DNA from: Balanoglossus misakiensis
Lineage: Eukaryota > Animalia > Hemichordata
Assembly: GCA_040954595.2 (NCBI GenBank)
Contig: CM082580.2
Location: 8,472,390-8,536,389 of the forward strand
DNA: 64,000 bases
Direction: 5' to 3'
The notes under the pieces were generated by a model. It was given only the letters and a program-made list of their open reading frames with translations. It did no database searches and was not told the DNA's origin. How positions within the stretch are numbered: position 1 is the stretch's first letter; every line of letters begins with the position of its first letter. This document shows, piece after piece, positions 1-14,100 of this stretch. The position numbers and the translations under genes are program-made.

Positions 1-120
1 GGTCTCCGCCAGCGTCAGAATGTTGACATCGCCGTCATACTCGCGGCCATCTGTGAGCTGAGCTAACCCTAACAACACAACGCAGGTTGTTGCGAATGTT
101 TTTAGACGTAAATGTAATGT

Positions 121-145
121 TTTCTCCCCTTTCGTTCATGCGCAG
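121..145 (+). other. Possible splice acceptor of a 5'UTR intron of the receptor gene
   Basis: tttctcccctttcgttcatgcgcag| looks like a pyrimidine tract plus CAG. The only nearby donor is weak (GTTGTT at 86); the true donor may lie outside the window. Confidence 0.3.
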
Positions 146-811
146 ATTGAACCTGTTTTTGGTGACCGACTGACGGAGTGCTGGGGAGAGGCCGGTAATA
201 TCTCGTTGGTGCAACTCAGTGCAAAGACGTCTCCTGTGTGGTGCTGCTACAGATGAAATAATTCATTGTGCCTCGAGTGTGAAATAAAACCTGTCGAAAC
301 AGCGTCGGCGAGCGAGAGCTACTTAGAGCAGCCGTTTCCATTGTGAGCGGTTGTCATCATTTAGCATTCTTTCATCGTGTTTCAAGGGGAGTAAGCCGAA
401 ACGCCAACGTCGACGTCAGCGCTCTCGGCTATAGCTACTGAAATAGTATCTCCAGTCGTCGGCGAATTTGCTTTCTGAAAATGTGCGGGAACACTGTTGT
501 CATTTACAGGTGACGGAAGAAACCTCCCCCCGACGAGCGTTGAATTCAGCACGCTGGTGATAGAAACAAAACTTCTCAAAGGTGGATTTTCCATAAAACC
601 GCGGCCGTCGATATTTTGTCGACTCGATCGACGTTACCCGGTGCTACCTGCGAGAGACTGGCAGGCATTTACTGTCGTCTGGCATCGGGCTCTCCGTATA
701 GTCTAGCTGGCTCCACCAACGGCGAACTTCAATATGTGCGGATGACTATATCGTTTCTCATACGTCGTTAACGCTTGTACCAGGAGCGTCCACTCGCGTG
801 ACGACCGTCTC

Positions 812-829
812 GTGTATACTAGTATACAC
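812..829. repeat. Perfect 18-bp palindrome GTGTATACTAGTATACAC just upstream of the start codon
   Basis: Read directly; self reverse-complementary; ends 16 nt before ATG 846. Confidence 0.9.
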
Positions 830-845
830 CCCACAAGTTAACATT

Positions 846-1325
846 ATGGCAGGCAACACTATTGGCCGAGAGGGTGCTCTGTTGTCCGCGGACAACGACA
901 ATGGCAGTTTGGAACTGAAGCCTACCAACTCATCACCCTTGGACTCTCTCTACAATTTACTGTTGGAAACGACGCAGCGAACAGCCGCCGCGAATTTCAC
1001 GGAGAACGCCACGCTGGACAATCTCAACTCGACGCAGGCAGCGAACGACACCACTCTGTCGCCCCATCCCATGTTCGTGGAGACCTGGCTCATGCCGGCG
1101 GTATTTACTCTGATTTTCCTGGTCGGCGTCACCGGCAACTTCTTGGTGATCTTCGTCATCTTGAAACACAAACGGATGAGGACGACTACCAACTTTTACA
1201 TCCTTAGTCTAGCGATATCTGATTTCTCGTTTCTTCTCTTCTGCGTACCGTTCACTGCAACAGTTAACACAACTCAGTGGTACTACGGTAGTTTCATGTG
1301 TAAATTCAGCTTCTACCTTATCAAC
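846..1325 (+). CDS. KISS1R: Kisspeptin receptor-like GPCR, coding exon 1 (N-terminus, TM1, TM2, ECL1, start of TM3; 160 codons)
   Basis: ATG at 846 (ATTATGG, good Kozak context) within ORF 798-1397. Translation ETWLMPAVFTLIFLVGVTGNFLVIFVILKHKRMRTTTNFYILSLAISDFSFLLFCVPFTA...WYYGSFMCK closely matches KISS1R TM1-TM2 ([49 protein letters not shown]). Six N-terminal N-glycosylation sequons (NGS, NSS, NFT, NAT, NST, NDT). Ends at phase-0 donor AAC|GTAAGT. Confidence 0.93.
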
Positions 1326-4256
1326 GTAAGTATCAAATCACTTATTTATTTTTTAATAAACCAGGTCTTTGCGTACTGTGTGTTTATTACGCGATAGAAA
1401 AAAAAACCTCTTGTGATATCTTATGTTAACAATTTACTTCGAAACCAAAGTCGCTTTCAACCCCTTGTGATCAATTTTCATAACCAGTGATTTAGATCAC
1501 GTGACCAACGGACACATTAGCAGCTACGTACATGGCAGTTGTATTTTTCCACTGCGTTAACGGAAATAAGCTTTCTTTTGGATTGAACCGGAGCATTTAG
1601 TTCTTTTCGCTTTGACGTATACGGCGAAAGAGACGCTTACCACGTCATTACTTGTAAATTGCCAAGATTTCAAAACAAACGTGTCAACTGTTTAACGGCG
1701 CTCTTTCTGTAACTGATAAAAATCCATGCAGTTGTCTGCGTCTGTCAAACGTTTGTCAACTGAAGTGCGCTGCGTACGTAATCACTAGTCTAAGATCGGA
1801 GTTTATCAAATTCAGATACATCCCGTTGCTTAATATTCATCTTATCACTCAGCATATGCCCCCCCCCCATTTTTTCAGTGTCAAATGGCGCGCGCATCAC
1901 TTTTGACCTATCGCCGTGTGTGTGTATCACTGTCTTCCGCTTCGTGCTCTGTGGCTTAGCTCCGGATCTAGACAACCACGATTAAATTACACTGCAAAGA
2001 TAGAAGGGGCTTTTAATTTCTCGCTTTAAAAAATCGATAGCCCCTTTTGCCCTCTTGACAGCCCGGGAGGGATTTGTAGCCGACCTGGTTGGACCTGGAC
2101 AATCATGGCGCAATCGTCGGATTGCACGGCATCCAATGCGCGCTCAAATCACGTCGCAAGTTTAACTAACGGGAAAGCAATTTGAATCTCATACATTCGA
2201 CCGAGCGTGTCGATGTGAAATGTCGGTCTGTTTGTCATGAGCCATGTCTATCAAGCTAGCTGAATTTCCAGTGTGTTCCCTATTTAGAGGACATTACGAC
2301 CAAAACTACACGAGAAGAAACGCTATTAGGTTTAGCCGAAAACAAAGCAAACGACACGTTCGTCTGTAATTTGGCACATACCTTATACCGCGCCGACTTA
2401 ATCACGAGCAGGAATGCGTGGCAAATATCGAGCTGATTACTTTTAAGATGATGAAACAAATGAAAGTATGTTACCGATGCATAAAAAGATCAAAGGCGTG
2501 AGTGGGAATGTGAAAGGTAGATAGAGAGGGCGAATACTGCGACAGTTTTGGCTCAAATGCTGCGCTTGTATTTGTTTCTAAAAACACAACGCCAACTTCA
2601 ATTATTTTGAAGAAAACAAAAGTATGTAAAATTATAATATTATTTGCCATGTATAAATGGAGATGAACTTACGCCGGCAATTTGAATGCAGACATAATTG
2701 ATGGCTGACCTACGCGAATCGAGTTGAAGAATAAAACAGTAGACTACCTGCTACATGTATGAATCACGCTATTTTTTATGTCAACATGCGTTTAAATCCC
2801 CTGGAACGATGAGGCGAAAGGTCGGTAATTTTACCACGCGCAAAATCAAAACACTATAAATATAATATAGGCACACACGACTACTTCGCGCGGGTATACA
2901 CGGATACCTGCGACGCGGGAGATGTCAGATTACATTTTGCTAAGCACACGTTAACCGCTCATTCAATTCTCGCAATTTGGAGGGAAATATTAGTTGTGTT
3001 TGTACACGAGATTGCATTGTGCAATATTATCGACGCCTGCCGACTGCATTATCACCGTAATATTGGTTAACCCCCCTGTCTAACATTCTCCTCATATTCG
3101 GTCAATCCGAATCCATCAGTTGAACAAGCAATCAGTCGCGAACCAACAAACCACTGAGCCAAACGCACTTATAAAAAAACAATCATAGCTTGTCTTTAGT
3201 ATTGTACCCCTTGACTGGATCGAAATCAAAGCGCATGCGCGGTCCTAAAGACAACGGTAAGCTTCAGAGGATACCGTTTGGGGGATATGTCATTGCTTTT
3301 TGTTAACCCTAGCACAATGTCTAATCCTTCGAACGGACACCAAATTCGTAAATCCAAAAATCGTCTGGAGCAGCATCGGTTGTGGTTGTTTAAAGTGTAT
3401 ACTATAAACAGAAAAAAATGCGCTCGATGAAAGAAAATCATCTGGTATACTTTAATACTAATGTTGTGACGTCATTTGTATGTTTCATGTCCTCTACACC
3501 CTTCAATACTTTTCGTGTCTCCTTCAATTCATCGGCGCCATAATATCACATTGTTCGTTTGCTTCTTGCCTAAAGGAAATAAGGAACTTGCCTTTCTATA
3601 TATATCTCATACAGCAGTCTTACTCATCAATGGGGGAAATTTTATAACGTTTTATTCGCAAATCAGTTGGTACCCACAGGATGTGCGTGGAGACACCGTC
3701 CACTCATTTCTCAATTCGATAAAGACCGTTCACTCCCCGAACACAGATTAGAGCCATTATCGATAAGAACATACTTCCCGGACGTCTTCATTGTTGGAGA
3801 TGAGAGTTTTAACATTGGCTAATTTTTTTGTCTAGTGAGCAATATTTTTGTCTTGTTCATGAATTATATTGTGAAATTCAGCTTTAATGAGAAGGCGTGT
3901 GGGCTGCATAGCGAAACCCAGGCGACATGAGTGGCTAGAGAACCCACTGCCTCTCCTTGAATTCACTGATTAGACAATCTAATTGCACGCAGTACACCTG
4001 CTGCAAACCTGTGCGCGTCTTGAAGAGGTTTGAGATAGCTTGACGAATTAGCATGACGACGCGTACGTATGCGATTCTTTCTATCGTTACGTAACTACAC
4101 ACTGGCTTTTTCTGGCGCACCTGCAAAATCGCCTAATATGCATACATGGCAGTTAATTATCGCCCTGTTGGATTTCAGACCCAAGCTGCTAATTCGCTCT
4201 CTCCATTGTTCACACACGCCTGTTGATCCTATGAACGTATTCTTTCGATTCCATAG
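1326..4256 (+). other. Intron 1 of KISS1R-like gene (2931 bp, phase 0, in TM3)
   Basis: GTAAGT...CCATAG boundaries; reading frame and homology are continuous across the junction (FYLIN|VSVQATC). Confidence 0.92.
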
Positions 4257-4392
4257 GTATCGGTGCAGGCCACCTGTATAACTCTGACGGCGATGATGGT
4301 CGATCGCTACTACGCCATTTCTCACCCACTGAAGTCTCTGCAGAACCGGACACCGACAGTAGCCTTGATGGTCAGTCTCGGCATATGGATCG
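4257..4392 (+). CDS. KISS1R: Kisspeptin receptor-like GPCR, coding exon 2 (TM3, DRY motif, ICL2, TM4; 136 nt)
   Basis: Not in the ORF track. Acceptor ttctttcgattccatag| then [45 protein letters not shown], then phase-1 donor G|GTAAGT. The VSVQATCxTLTAM..DR and RTP..AL.VSL.IW motifs are characteristic of KISS1R rather than galanin or allatostatin-A receptors. Confidence 0.95.
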
Positions 4393-5016
4393 GTAAGTAA
4401 TCAACGCACGGATCCTCCGGCGGTTTCTCTCTCTCTCGTGGGTTGGCTTCCGAGGCCGCAGCGGATGGCGAGAATAGCTACACTGCGCGGTGGCGCCACA
4501 TCCGCTTAGCAGCCTTGGCGAAACATACTAATTCTTCCCCGGTTATATGTTTCTCTAGCGACGGGAGATCTTGTACAATTACGTCTTTCCCGTGCACAAT
4601 AACGTTTCAAACATATTAGCACAGCATTCCCCAGCAATTGTATATACCACTGCGCGGATTCCATCGAGAGTGCCGCCAATTAACGGTAAATCGTTCATTG
4701 CACAATGCCGCCACACGACCAGTCTTTCCTATACGCAATTAGGTGTGCTGCGGTATATACTTCCCGCTTTTTGTGTGCAGATATTTTTTTTCTGTGGCAA
4801 TAAACTTTCATTATTTCCGTACCTTCCAGTGGCTGCCACATTCATAGTCTCACGTAATGTAATTAATTCCCAGAAACGGTTCACAGCGCTGAACTCAACT
4901 GCCATTGTCGTACAGGGTTGAGTCCATTGAAGTAAATTGTATGGAAAGTTCATTGGTACTGAGAGTACCTTATAACTCATGGTACACCATAATGGGTACA
5001 CGCAGGGTGATGTGCT

Positions 5017-5120
5017 ATGTGTGTATGTGTGTGTGTGCATAGGTACATGTAGGTAGGTAGGTAGGTATAGGTATCGCATCGCATCGTATTGTGTTGTGTT
5101 GTATTGCATCGCATACGCAT
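5017..5120. repeat. Compound microsatellite (TG)n / (TAGG)n / (ATCGC)n / (TTGTG)n
   Basis: tgtgtgtatgtgtgtgtgtg...taggtaggtaggtaggta...atcgcatcgcatcg..ttgtgttgtgttgt. Confidence 0.8.
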
Positions 5121-8100
5121 GTCAATGCCAGCATTTTCGCAAGAAGCTTGAAATGACAATCCTTGTCATCATATTTGTGTCATGAGCCTGTCCACGGCCG
5201 GCTGTATTCAATTTTCTGCTGATGATCGCCATTACGCATAAAAAGCCAATTGGAAAAGCGAAGAAAGCAAATAGTAAATGCGTTCTCCGTTTCCCTTGTA
5301 ATGACTCTGCCTTCCAGCGTCTGAAATATTCGAACCGAGGCTGTATATGGCCAGCCGGTTAATAGCCAGTTTATTCCAGTAATTCGCATCTTTCATGCAT
5401 GCATGGTCAGCTGTATTGAGCCCGTGATGTTCTGTACGCATGCGTCATCTCATAAATTCCGAGTTTGCCGATAAAGCATATCAGCAGCTTTGATTCAACA
5501 AGTGAGTTTTTTTCTCAACATCCGAGCTTAGCTATAAATGGACACGACGGAGTAAAGTCGTCCAGACGGCAATCGGGAAATTGCCTTTCTTAAAAGACTG
5601 AGTTAGAAATCATGATTCATGCATCGAGGTACTCAATCACCCTTCTTTTATTGTGCCACGTGATACACATCCCTTGCGGATTATGTTATGACAGTTGTGT
5701 CGTCCCTCCCTTTTTACTAGATGATTTTCATCATTTGCAACAAATACGTGGCGATTATCAAAAGCTCACTTGTTTTGAAAATGTAAACAGCTCGTGTATA
5801 AAACATAAGCAAGGTGACCGCCTATCACTGAATGTGACTTCTTTCAGCCGAGCCATGCGCAGTTCTAGTAAAAAGAGATTGGTAGATGTTGGTTTTCTAG
5901 CAATTCGCAATGCAATCCTACGGAATACATAAGAGACAAATTCGACGCTTTTATAGTTCGCGTTCGTCCTTAAGAAACATTATCGTTGCCACTTCACTAT
6001 ACTCCGCATTCAAGTCACATTCACTTTAACGGGATCCCCCGGCCACGCAGACGTTAACGCAATTAGGAAAATGGCCGTTACATGCTTATTAAATACGCTG
6101 CCATTTCTGTCGCAACACAATCAGTAATGATACGCCACGTTTCAAATTTCGTTATCTTAATTTCAAGCACTTTGCCACGCGCCCCCTGTGTACTAAACGA
6201 CGGGATAGACTCGGTCTGTAATGGCGGAAAATGAGGTTACCTTTTTAGCTGTTTACATACCAGTGACAGGTAAATGAGTAGCCGAGGAATTGGAAAGTGA
6301 TTCTTCTTTTCGCGGGAAAGACTTAATGGGCTGGTGCAATTTAACGGGCGTTTTTGAAGAAATTTCCACACCTTCAAACAAATTGGCTTATCTCACTTGT
6401 TAAAGTAACGCGTCTTGATGATAACGGTTACTGACCATCAAAAACCTATCACTTTTATAAATGCTGCCATGTCCGCACGCTGTTACTTTTGTTGTTTACG
6501 CAAAGTAGCGCACTGCATGTTTTTTGTCGAAAACATGAGAATTTAAGTTGTCTCACTGAGTCAGTGTACATTTCTTTATCCCCCCCCCCACTTTGTAATT
6601 TCTTGAAAACTTTCATTCATTCTAAAATGATATATTACACTAGTGTAATATATCATGTAGGCCTACCCGTGATAATCCGTAGTGATGACGTCACTCGCAT
6701 TGACCAAGCTTTAATATAATTACCTGTTCTCATACATGTATGGGTATCTTGTGTACAGTTTGCTTTGGTAAAAGATAACTCTTAGTCTGGGATGTGAAGT
6801 GTTAATTTCAGCCGGGGAGATAATTTGTCGGATTTTACAGGATATATTACCCTGGTGACACCGAAAGGAAAGAGATAGTCTGAGGGGATGGCCGGAAATG
6901 AGGGATTCTATTTTAGTTGGCGACTTTCAGGGAATCTTGGATCTCCCAGGTTGCATTCGTTGCAGTAAATGCTGCTCACATCAAATCCCTCGGAGTTCAA
7001 ATCAGAAAATTACCGTCGCTTTGAATTCAGCTCAGCCGGAGATCATTAATTGGCCTCGTGCCGTATAATTCAATGAACACGCTTTTCTCGTACGGGCGCC
7101 TCTTTGTGCGCTATTGAATTTCTGCGGCGTTGCAGCGACACTTCTACACGAGAAAATAAGATCATGGCTTCCCCTCTCACGAGAGCTCCGCGAAGCTATC
7201 ATTGTCAATTTGAAAATGATGCACTAGGAATGTGTGAAGACCATTTATACATTTTATTCAAAACATATGGTCCATGACAGCCCATTCCATTAATTGTATT
7301 TAGTATCTAATACCGCGGATATTCGCGTTTTTAAAGCAAATAAGCAGACTATCACAAAACAGGCCAGGTAGTAATCAGTGGATTTCATTTACAACCGAAA
7401 GTAATCATTAGCAGGCGAATAAAGTAATTTTAAAAATCCAGTCAAAATTGCACCAAAGTTTCATTTAATTGCAAAGAGGCATTCCACGATCACGACTCAG
7501 TGATCATTTTTCACTGCAGAATGTTAGAGTAGCCCTACCTATCTTCAACAGAATGATACACGCGAGGGTGGTTATACTGATATCCCGAGTGTGTGTGCTT
7601 AATCGCTTCGTATCATTTTCGTTTCGGATGGCCTCCAAACTGATCGATGTTGATGATGAAATCAATATCGCCGTCTATGCGATCACCGTCATTACTGATA
7701 ATGGCAGAAACACGTTCGCAGTGTCATTGGTTTCACCGGTAACCATTTGAGCATCATCTCGTAGTTTTCCAATCATGCTTATAGTATTTTAACTAATGAA
7801 GTTGCATTTTAGCGGGCGTGGCTCGCATAATAATGAAGTTATCAAAGGTATTTTTTTTACTGATAATGGATGTCTGTTTAGAACATAGCACCATGGCGGG
7901 TGATATCAACCGACATGATTCCTACTATTAAAACTGAACACCGAGATTCCATACAAGGGTAGACGGAATGGTGTCAGACTCACCGGTCCTGAAATTGGCT
8001 ATTAACAAAATGCATCTGATTTCAATCTCGAAAAGTGGAGGAAATCAATTTTGATTTCATCTAATATCCTGAATGTACCCTTTCACAAGAAAGCGAACAT

Positions 8101-11100
8101 TGACCGATTTTGCTGCAAAGAATATTGACGCGTGTGTCGTCTGCATCATTCAAGACGCACGTGCTTCGATGCTGTCCTCTTGCGGTGGCTGAACCCTGCT
8201 GTACGCCGCCATACATGTATTTGATGCACGGACTGGAGGCTGATGCGGTACCCACTGACTTTAACATACTGACAATGATCACTAAGATACAATCGGAGCC
8301 GAAAGTTGCCCTAGTTAATGGCGAAACCGAGACTCTAGTCAGTTCAGCAAGACGTCATCAAACGCAGCCGACAGAGTCATCATCATGCATGAGTGAAAGA
8401 ACGAATGAAAGAACGTCGCATTTTAACGCGCACGCGTGACGTCGATGTGCATGCGCAGAAGAGGTCTCTCGCTCGGTACTTTTAGTACGGCATACACTCT
8501 GACGACAGGAAAAAAATGATATTCGGTTAGATCGTTATTTAATTTTCGATAAAAACGGGAGATTTGACACTATGTATAACCATGATCACGGTGTATAGGG
8601 ACAAGTCTAACATCCGACCTTTGAACAACGAAGCACAGAACGAAAGAAGAGGGAAAATTGTATCTGTCTCGCTATTTACCAGAGATCAAAACAGCTATCA
8701 CATGACACTTTCACCCCAATTACCAATCAATAAGCCCAAAGACCTTCTCTAAGTGCTCCTGAACTTGGTTTCGACTGATTCCTTTGTGCCTCTCAGTCTC
8801 GCCGCACCTGTCAACAGATTAAGCAACGGATCGAACTACAACAGTTAATGTACCTTCCGCCAAATCTCCTTGCGACTGAGGATGTAAGACGATCATGCAG
8901 TCGATTTGCAAATAAATCGATTGTGTAGAATCATAAAGTCTGCACATTGACAAGCCTCCTTCGGTATATGTGAAGTCAAACACTCTAAATTGGCAATAAT
9001 TTTCCCACCATTAGACCGAGTCCTTCACAGACAGAAAAGACACATTTCATGTAACCGCCATCGTTTGGAAACGTTTCAAGATCCATTATCAGCGATGCAG
9101 CGGCACGAGGCTAAAACGTACAGTAAATTTCAGTCGTTGTTGAATTTTCCGATTCGAACGATGTGCAACGGTTATGATGTTAAACATCGTCGCAAAAGTT
9201 AAAACAATATTTAAAAAAAACAAGCAAACATTGCAGGTTTAATAGGTTTTATGTTCCAAAACGGGATATAAAACACCAGGTGTGTCCAGTACGTGGTCGA
9301 TTTTACCATATGATAGGATAAGACACCGTCGCGCCATAAAATCGAACCGTGTTTGTGCAAAAGGGAAATCACAAAGATGAATCAATGATTGACTTCTGTG
9401 TGTTATTCTCCCAAAATGATTGCGTGTCACGAAGGTGAACTATTGATCGACTTTGAAAAAAATAAAATAAAAACAAAGCTCTTATGTCCCATTACGCATG
9501 TGTGCACCAGTATTCATGGCACAGGAACAGTGTATCGTGGCTTCCGGCGACAGAGTCTGATGATCAACGGAAACTGCGCATGCGGGGATTGGAAACAGTA
9601 CTTGACTGAGATGTTCGTTATCATAAACCCCGAGTTCCGACTCCAATTGTCGGGTCTCCAGTTCTTACTCAAAGTACAAAGTATACCTGTCACCACTAGC
9701 AATGGCGGCAGTCTTTATCTACGGACCGGTTCATGTAAGACTAAGCTTCGTCGGTATGATGGGTATGTCATCTGGTTTTGTGTCGTGACACGAAGATGCC
9801 CTTCGACAAGCTGAATTGCACGATGCTTTCTTTTAAGGTCGTTCATACGGAAACACAAAGCAGAGAAGAGTTATTGCACACAGACAGAATAATTAAGTGT
9901 GGTTTAATTGTCTGCCTATACTATTTTAGAACCTTGGCCTCTTTAAAATATTAATATCGATGTCGAGTGCAGGGCGGGTAAGAAGCAGCATACCCATCTC
10001 TATTAAAAATCATCAGAAAAATATCACATTTTAAAGGTCATTTGTAAGCAATCGGCATAATGCGTATCTCGAACTATTGACCACCATATTATGGCAGTGA
10101 GATCCAAACATTACACATTCATATACATGTATACTCATCATGTATAGGAAGGATGTACGATGGCACTAGCCGTAAAATATAAACCATAACCATCTCTCTA
10201 GAGTCATAAATTGTGTGATTTTTGCCTAATCCTTGGCTTATCTACATTCTGATCAGACTCGTCGCCATATGAACTGAGAGCCCAGCTAAAAATAGCCTCA
10301 TAAATGTCATAAACGTCACGACTAAAATGCACTAGTCTGATCTCAATCTTTCACGTCGATTTTTATTACTTTTTATGAGAATAGCAAATATTTCCGTATG
10401 CGATATGAATTTTTTTATTGCTGAACCCAAATTCATTTTCGTACAAATTTACACTTGTTGATATTGCAACACTCTAAAACTTGCTATCGACAAACAAACC
10501 AAGAACATTAATAGTTATTGCGCTATAGAAGTGAATGTTTTTTTTCTAATTCGCAAAGGGGTTATACCAAACTGAGGTGCATATTACAGGCAAATATGAA
10601 CAAAGAAGTTCGCACATGTCCGCGTAAAACCGAGTGTCTCCAGATGGTAACATGGTCAACTTTGATTGAAGTGTGGTTAGACATATTGAATAACTATTCC
10701 CGGCGAATATTCAGTCGCAGAGACACAATCCAATCTATAACCCCCCCCCCTCCCACACCTCTGAGGACATTATGACATAACTACTAGTAACCACGAACTT
10801 GCATGGATAATCGTCGCCATGGCAACTCAGACGAATAAATCGCGATTACAGCAATGCATGTTGCCCAATAACGAGTTTTCAAACAACGACGGAGGTAAAT
10901 TACCTTGCGCAATGACATTTGTTATTGCTTTTTTGTGAGGGCATATGCCAGACGTCTATCCTTGAGTGTGTATACAGTGTGTCTCCCAAAACGTCATTTA
11001 CAGACGCTCTTACGTATCTTTTAATTTCCGCTTAATTTCACCTTAAAAGGCGGTGCGCATGTTTTCGTATTTGATACAATTGTCCAGCGATCCGTGACCC

Positions 11101-14100
11101 ATACGCCGGGCACGGTAGGTGGTGATCGCTCATGGCACAGTGTCTGTGCTCATGGCTATGAAACTAAATAACAGTTTGGCCATTGTACCGAGAACAAAAG
11201 ATGTTGAATAATATTCAGAGCTAGGAAAAGGCTTTGCCAAATATTTATCTTCTCTTGAAAGGAATGTCCTGTCTGGCCCGTGTACTCCTCACAGCACGTT
11301 TTAGGATAATCTGCAAGAAGACGTCAAAGGTTTTTTTCAGTGTTCCTATACACTTTCCCCGGGAATAGCTCTAGCTTTGGTGTTTTGACTCGAAAACATC
11401 AATTATTGACAGAGAAATTGCACATAATGACGTTCTCCGACGTCAAATTTGGCTGTCGTCTCCCATTGGCAAATAAGTACATAATGCAAGCTACTCTTTT
11501 CACCGCACACCGTAATGACGCCAGCAATTTTCCGTGTGTATATAATATTTTCCAATCATATATTTTTCGCGCTGTCGCCTACAAGGAGTGAAACGTTTCG
11601 TCGTTTCAAAAAAATGAATCCATGCATGGCAGAGTGTTTCTTTCCACATTTGTGGAGTATGTAACTTCAATTCCCGGGAATTTCAAACTTATCGCAGTAT
11701 CCATGGGTCGGTAGCCTCCTTCTGGGCAGCATGGCAGCGACAAACGGCGCATGTCACAGATACTCAGAGTCGGCAGTGTTAGTTTGGAAAATACATGTAT
11801 AACGAATGTCATAACGAATATGTCACTTAAACGCCGTAATGACAGATTCCTTCCTGCGTGTGCGAAAAACAGGCAATTGAGACCGCGATTCATAGGATCC
11901 GAATTAGCCTATGCGTTTATTGACTGCTTTTTAGTTCTCGCTTACATTCCCTATTCAGGTGTTTACAAAAATGTTCCTATTTGCAGCGCATTTGACTCCG
12001 GGCAATCATATTCACCGTCCCGTATTCTGAAATTTCACCAGAGAGCATCAATTCACACCAACCACGTCTATTCATGTCTCCGAAATGAAACCTTAAATAT
12101 ACCTTCCTTAATTTACGCAGACTTGCTTCACTGTCAATTTGATATTTTTCCCCCCTTTTGAAAGTTCTCACCGCCGCAGGGGTAGACTTATATTGAATTG
12201 TGATATTTCCGCGAACTACCCCCATTCACAGCAGGTGGCGCGATCAGGAAACGGCGCTGGTAAGCGAGCCGCAACAAGCCGTCTTCATGTCGCGACAATA
12301 GAATTCTCCACACGAAGACTCTGTTAGGCTTAAACCCAACTAATAGCGACCTCTGCACAGAGTTCATGCCGAATGAACCCAGCCTATAAATTATCCGCGC
12401 TTCTGCCCCGACACACGGGACAGAATTCAGGGACGCGGGCTCATCATGCAGTTATTTCCATCAAAGTTTCATTCGTTAGAGATCACCAATGCGTCGCGAA
12501 CAAGAACAAGCCTTTAATATTCCATTTCGAGTAAATGGAAAATTCGTGTACTTACAAACTAGAGCGTTAGCAAGCTTAATCGTGTTTTTTTTTCTGACTC
12601 GTTGTAAGGAAACAGTTTTCCAGCTATTTTACATGTTGAACCCTGTCAGAATCGAGGTGACTTCACTCCAGACTTAATATTTCCGCAAGCTTGACTTAGT
12701 CACATGGTCATGATGTCGTCCACCGGTCGATAAAGGAACAAACAAAGTGACTTAACCTGCTCCGAGCAACAGAACTGCATTCTACAAGCTTTTTTTAAAA
12801 AAAAACGTATTATCATTCGATTTATCGCCTTGTGTTTCTTCAATTCCCAAAGAATGACATCTCTCTGACGTCCTCATGTATTTGTATCGCCTGGTCGTGT
12901 GTTTTTTGTGTGTCCTTTTAGCACTGAGTAGCGACGTGCAAATTTGTACTCGCTTTCACTTGTGTTGTTTTTGTCCATTGGTTTATGTTTACTCGCGGGC
13001 GCCGTGCCCTGGTTGCAAATAACGATGTCTCCTGTTCACCATTTGGTGTTATAACCTGCCATAGCAGAAAAAACGCCAGTCTGGATTCCAGACTATGTGT
13101 ACCTTGTGTACCTATTAGCATAATTTAATGACGAGGTGTCCCCTCCTATTCTCACAGAGGGCTTTCACTGCAACCAGCGGCATACGAGACAATTAAAGTC
13201 TATGACAGCCATCTTAGCCTGGACAGTAAATCATATGCTAAATTTACCTTTTTTTGTACAACAAACACGTGTTTTGCAGATAACGTCCAAGATACAAAGA
13301 AAAAAACACTCATTTGAGTGTTTGGATAGAGCACCCAGCACAGGTGCCCAATTACTTATGTTACTGTCAACAGAGACCGGCATTAACTAGAACCGCACAG
13401 AGATAAAACTAAATACGCTGTATTGAGCAAACTGTTGTTTTTAGAGGAAATCGTGGGTAAACAGTGGAGTTTAATGGATAGATAATGCGGCACATGCATA
13501 ATACATGTACATAAATTGAGTTTTTGTCCTAATTCTTGTTGCAGCTTTATTTATATTTCATGGGGCTTCGTCTGTTTTACATAATTTTTCTTCCTGTCGA
13601 TTGAAAATCAGGTCCTTCAATTAAGCCGAATTGTTAAGGCGTCAGATGTTGGTCACACATGCTCAATACATTATATAGCCCCCTATGTGATCAAAGTTTC
13701 CATTGCTAAGCTTTATATTACGTTTTATTATATTTGGTAAAGGCTTCCTGAATATGTGAAAGAGTTAGTCTGAAGTCTGCTATTAATATCCGCAAAAAAA
13801 CCTTAAGATTAAGACCCCATTTGTCGACCATTTCTTTCTAAATGTACGTATTTTTCAGGTCTTTACTCGCTCTATATGTTGTAAACGCAAAAGCCACAAA
13901 TTTACCCAGATTAGTGCCGTGTTTGGAGAGTGTGACTTAGCGCATATCGTCTGAAGAAAGCATTATCTGAAAGGAAATACTGTGCGAAGGTAATCACGAC
14001 TCGATGATGCACGTGTAATCCCGGCCCAATTTCCTCAGTACGTATCTCTGCACTATTATGGCAATATGCATATATCACCATAGATATTAATTCACATGCC

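Noticed and set aside
798-1397. ORF-track start at 798 and tail VSIKSLIYF..
   Set aside because: 798 is a GTG, and the first in-frame ATG is 846. Sequence after 1325 is intron (GTAAGT donor), and homology resumes at 4257.
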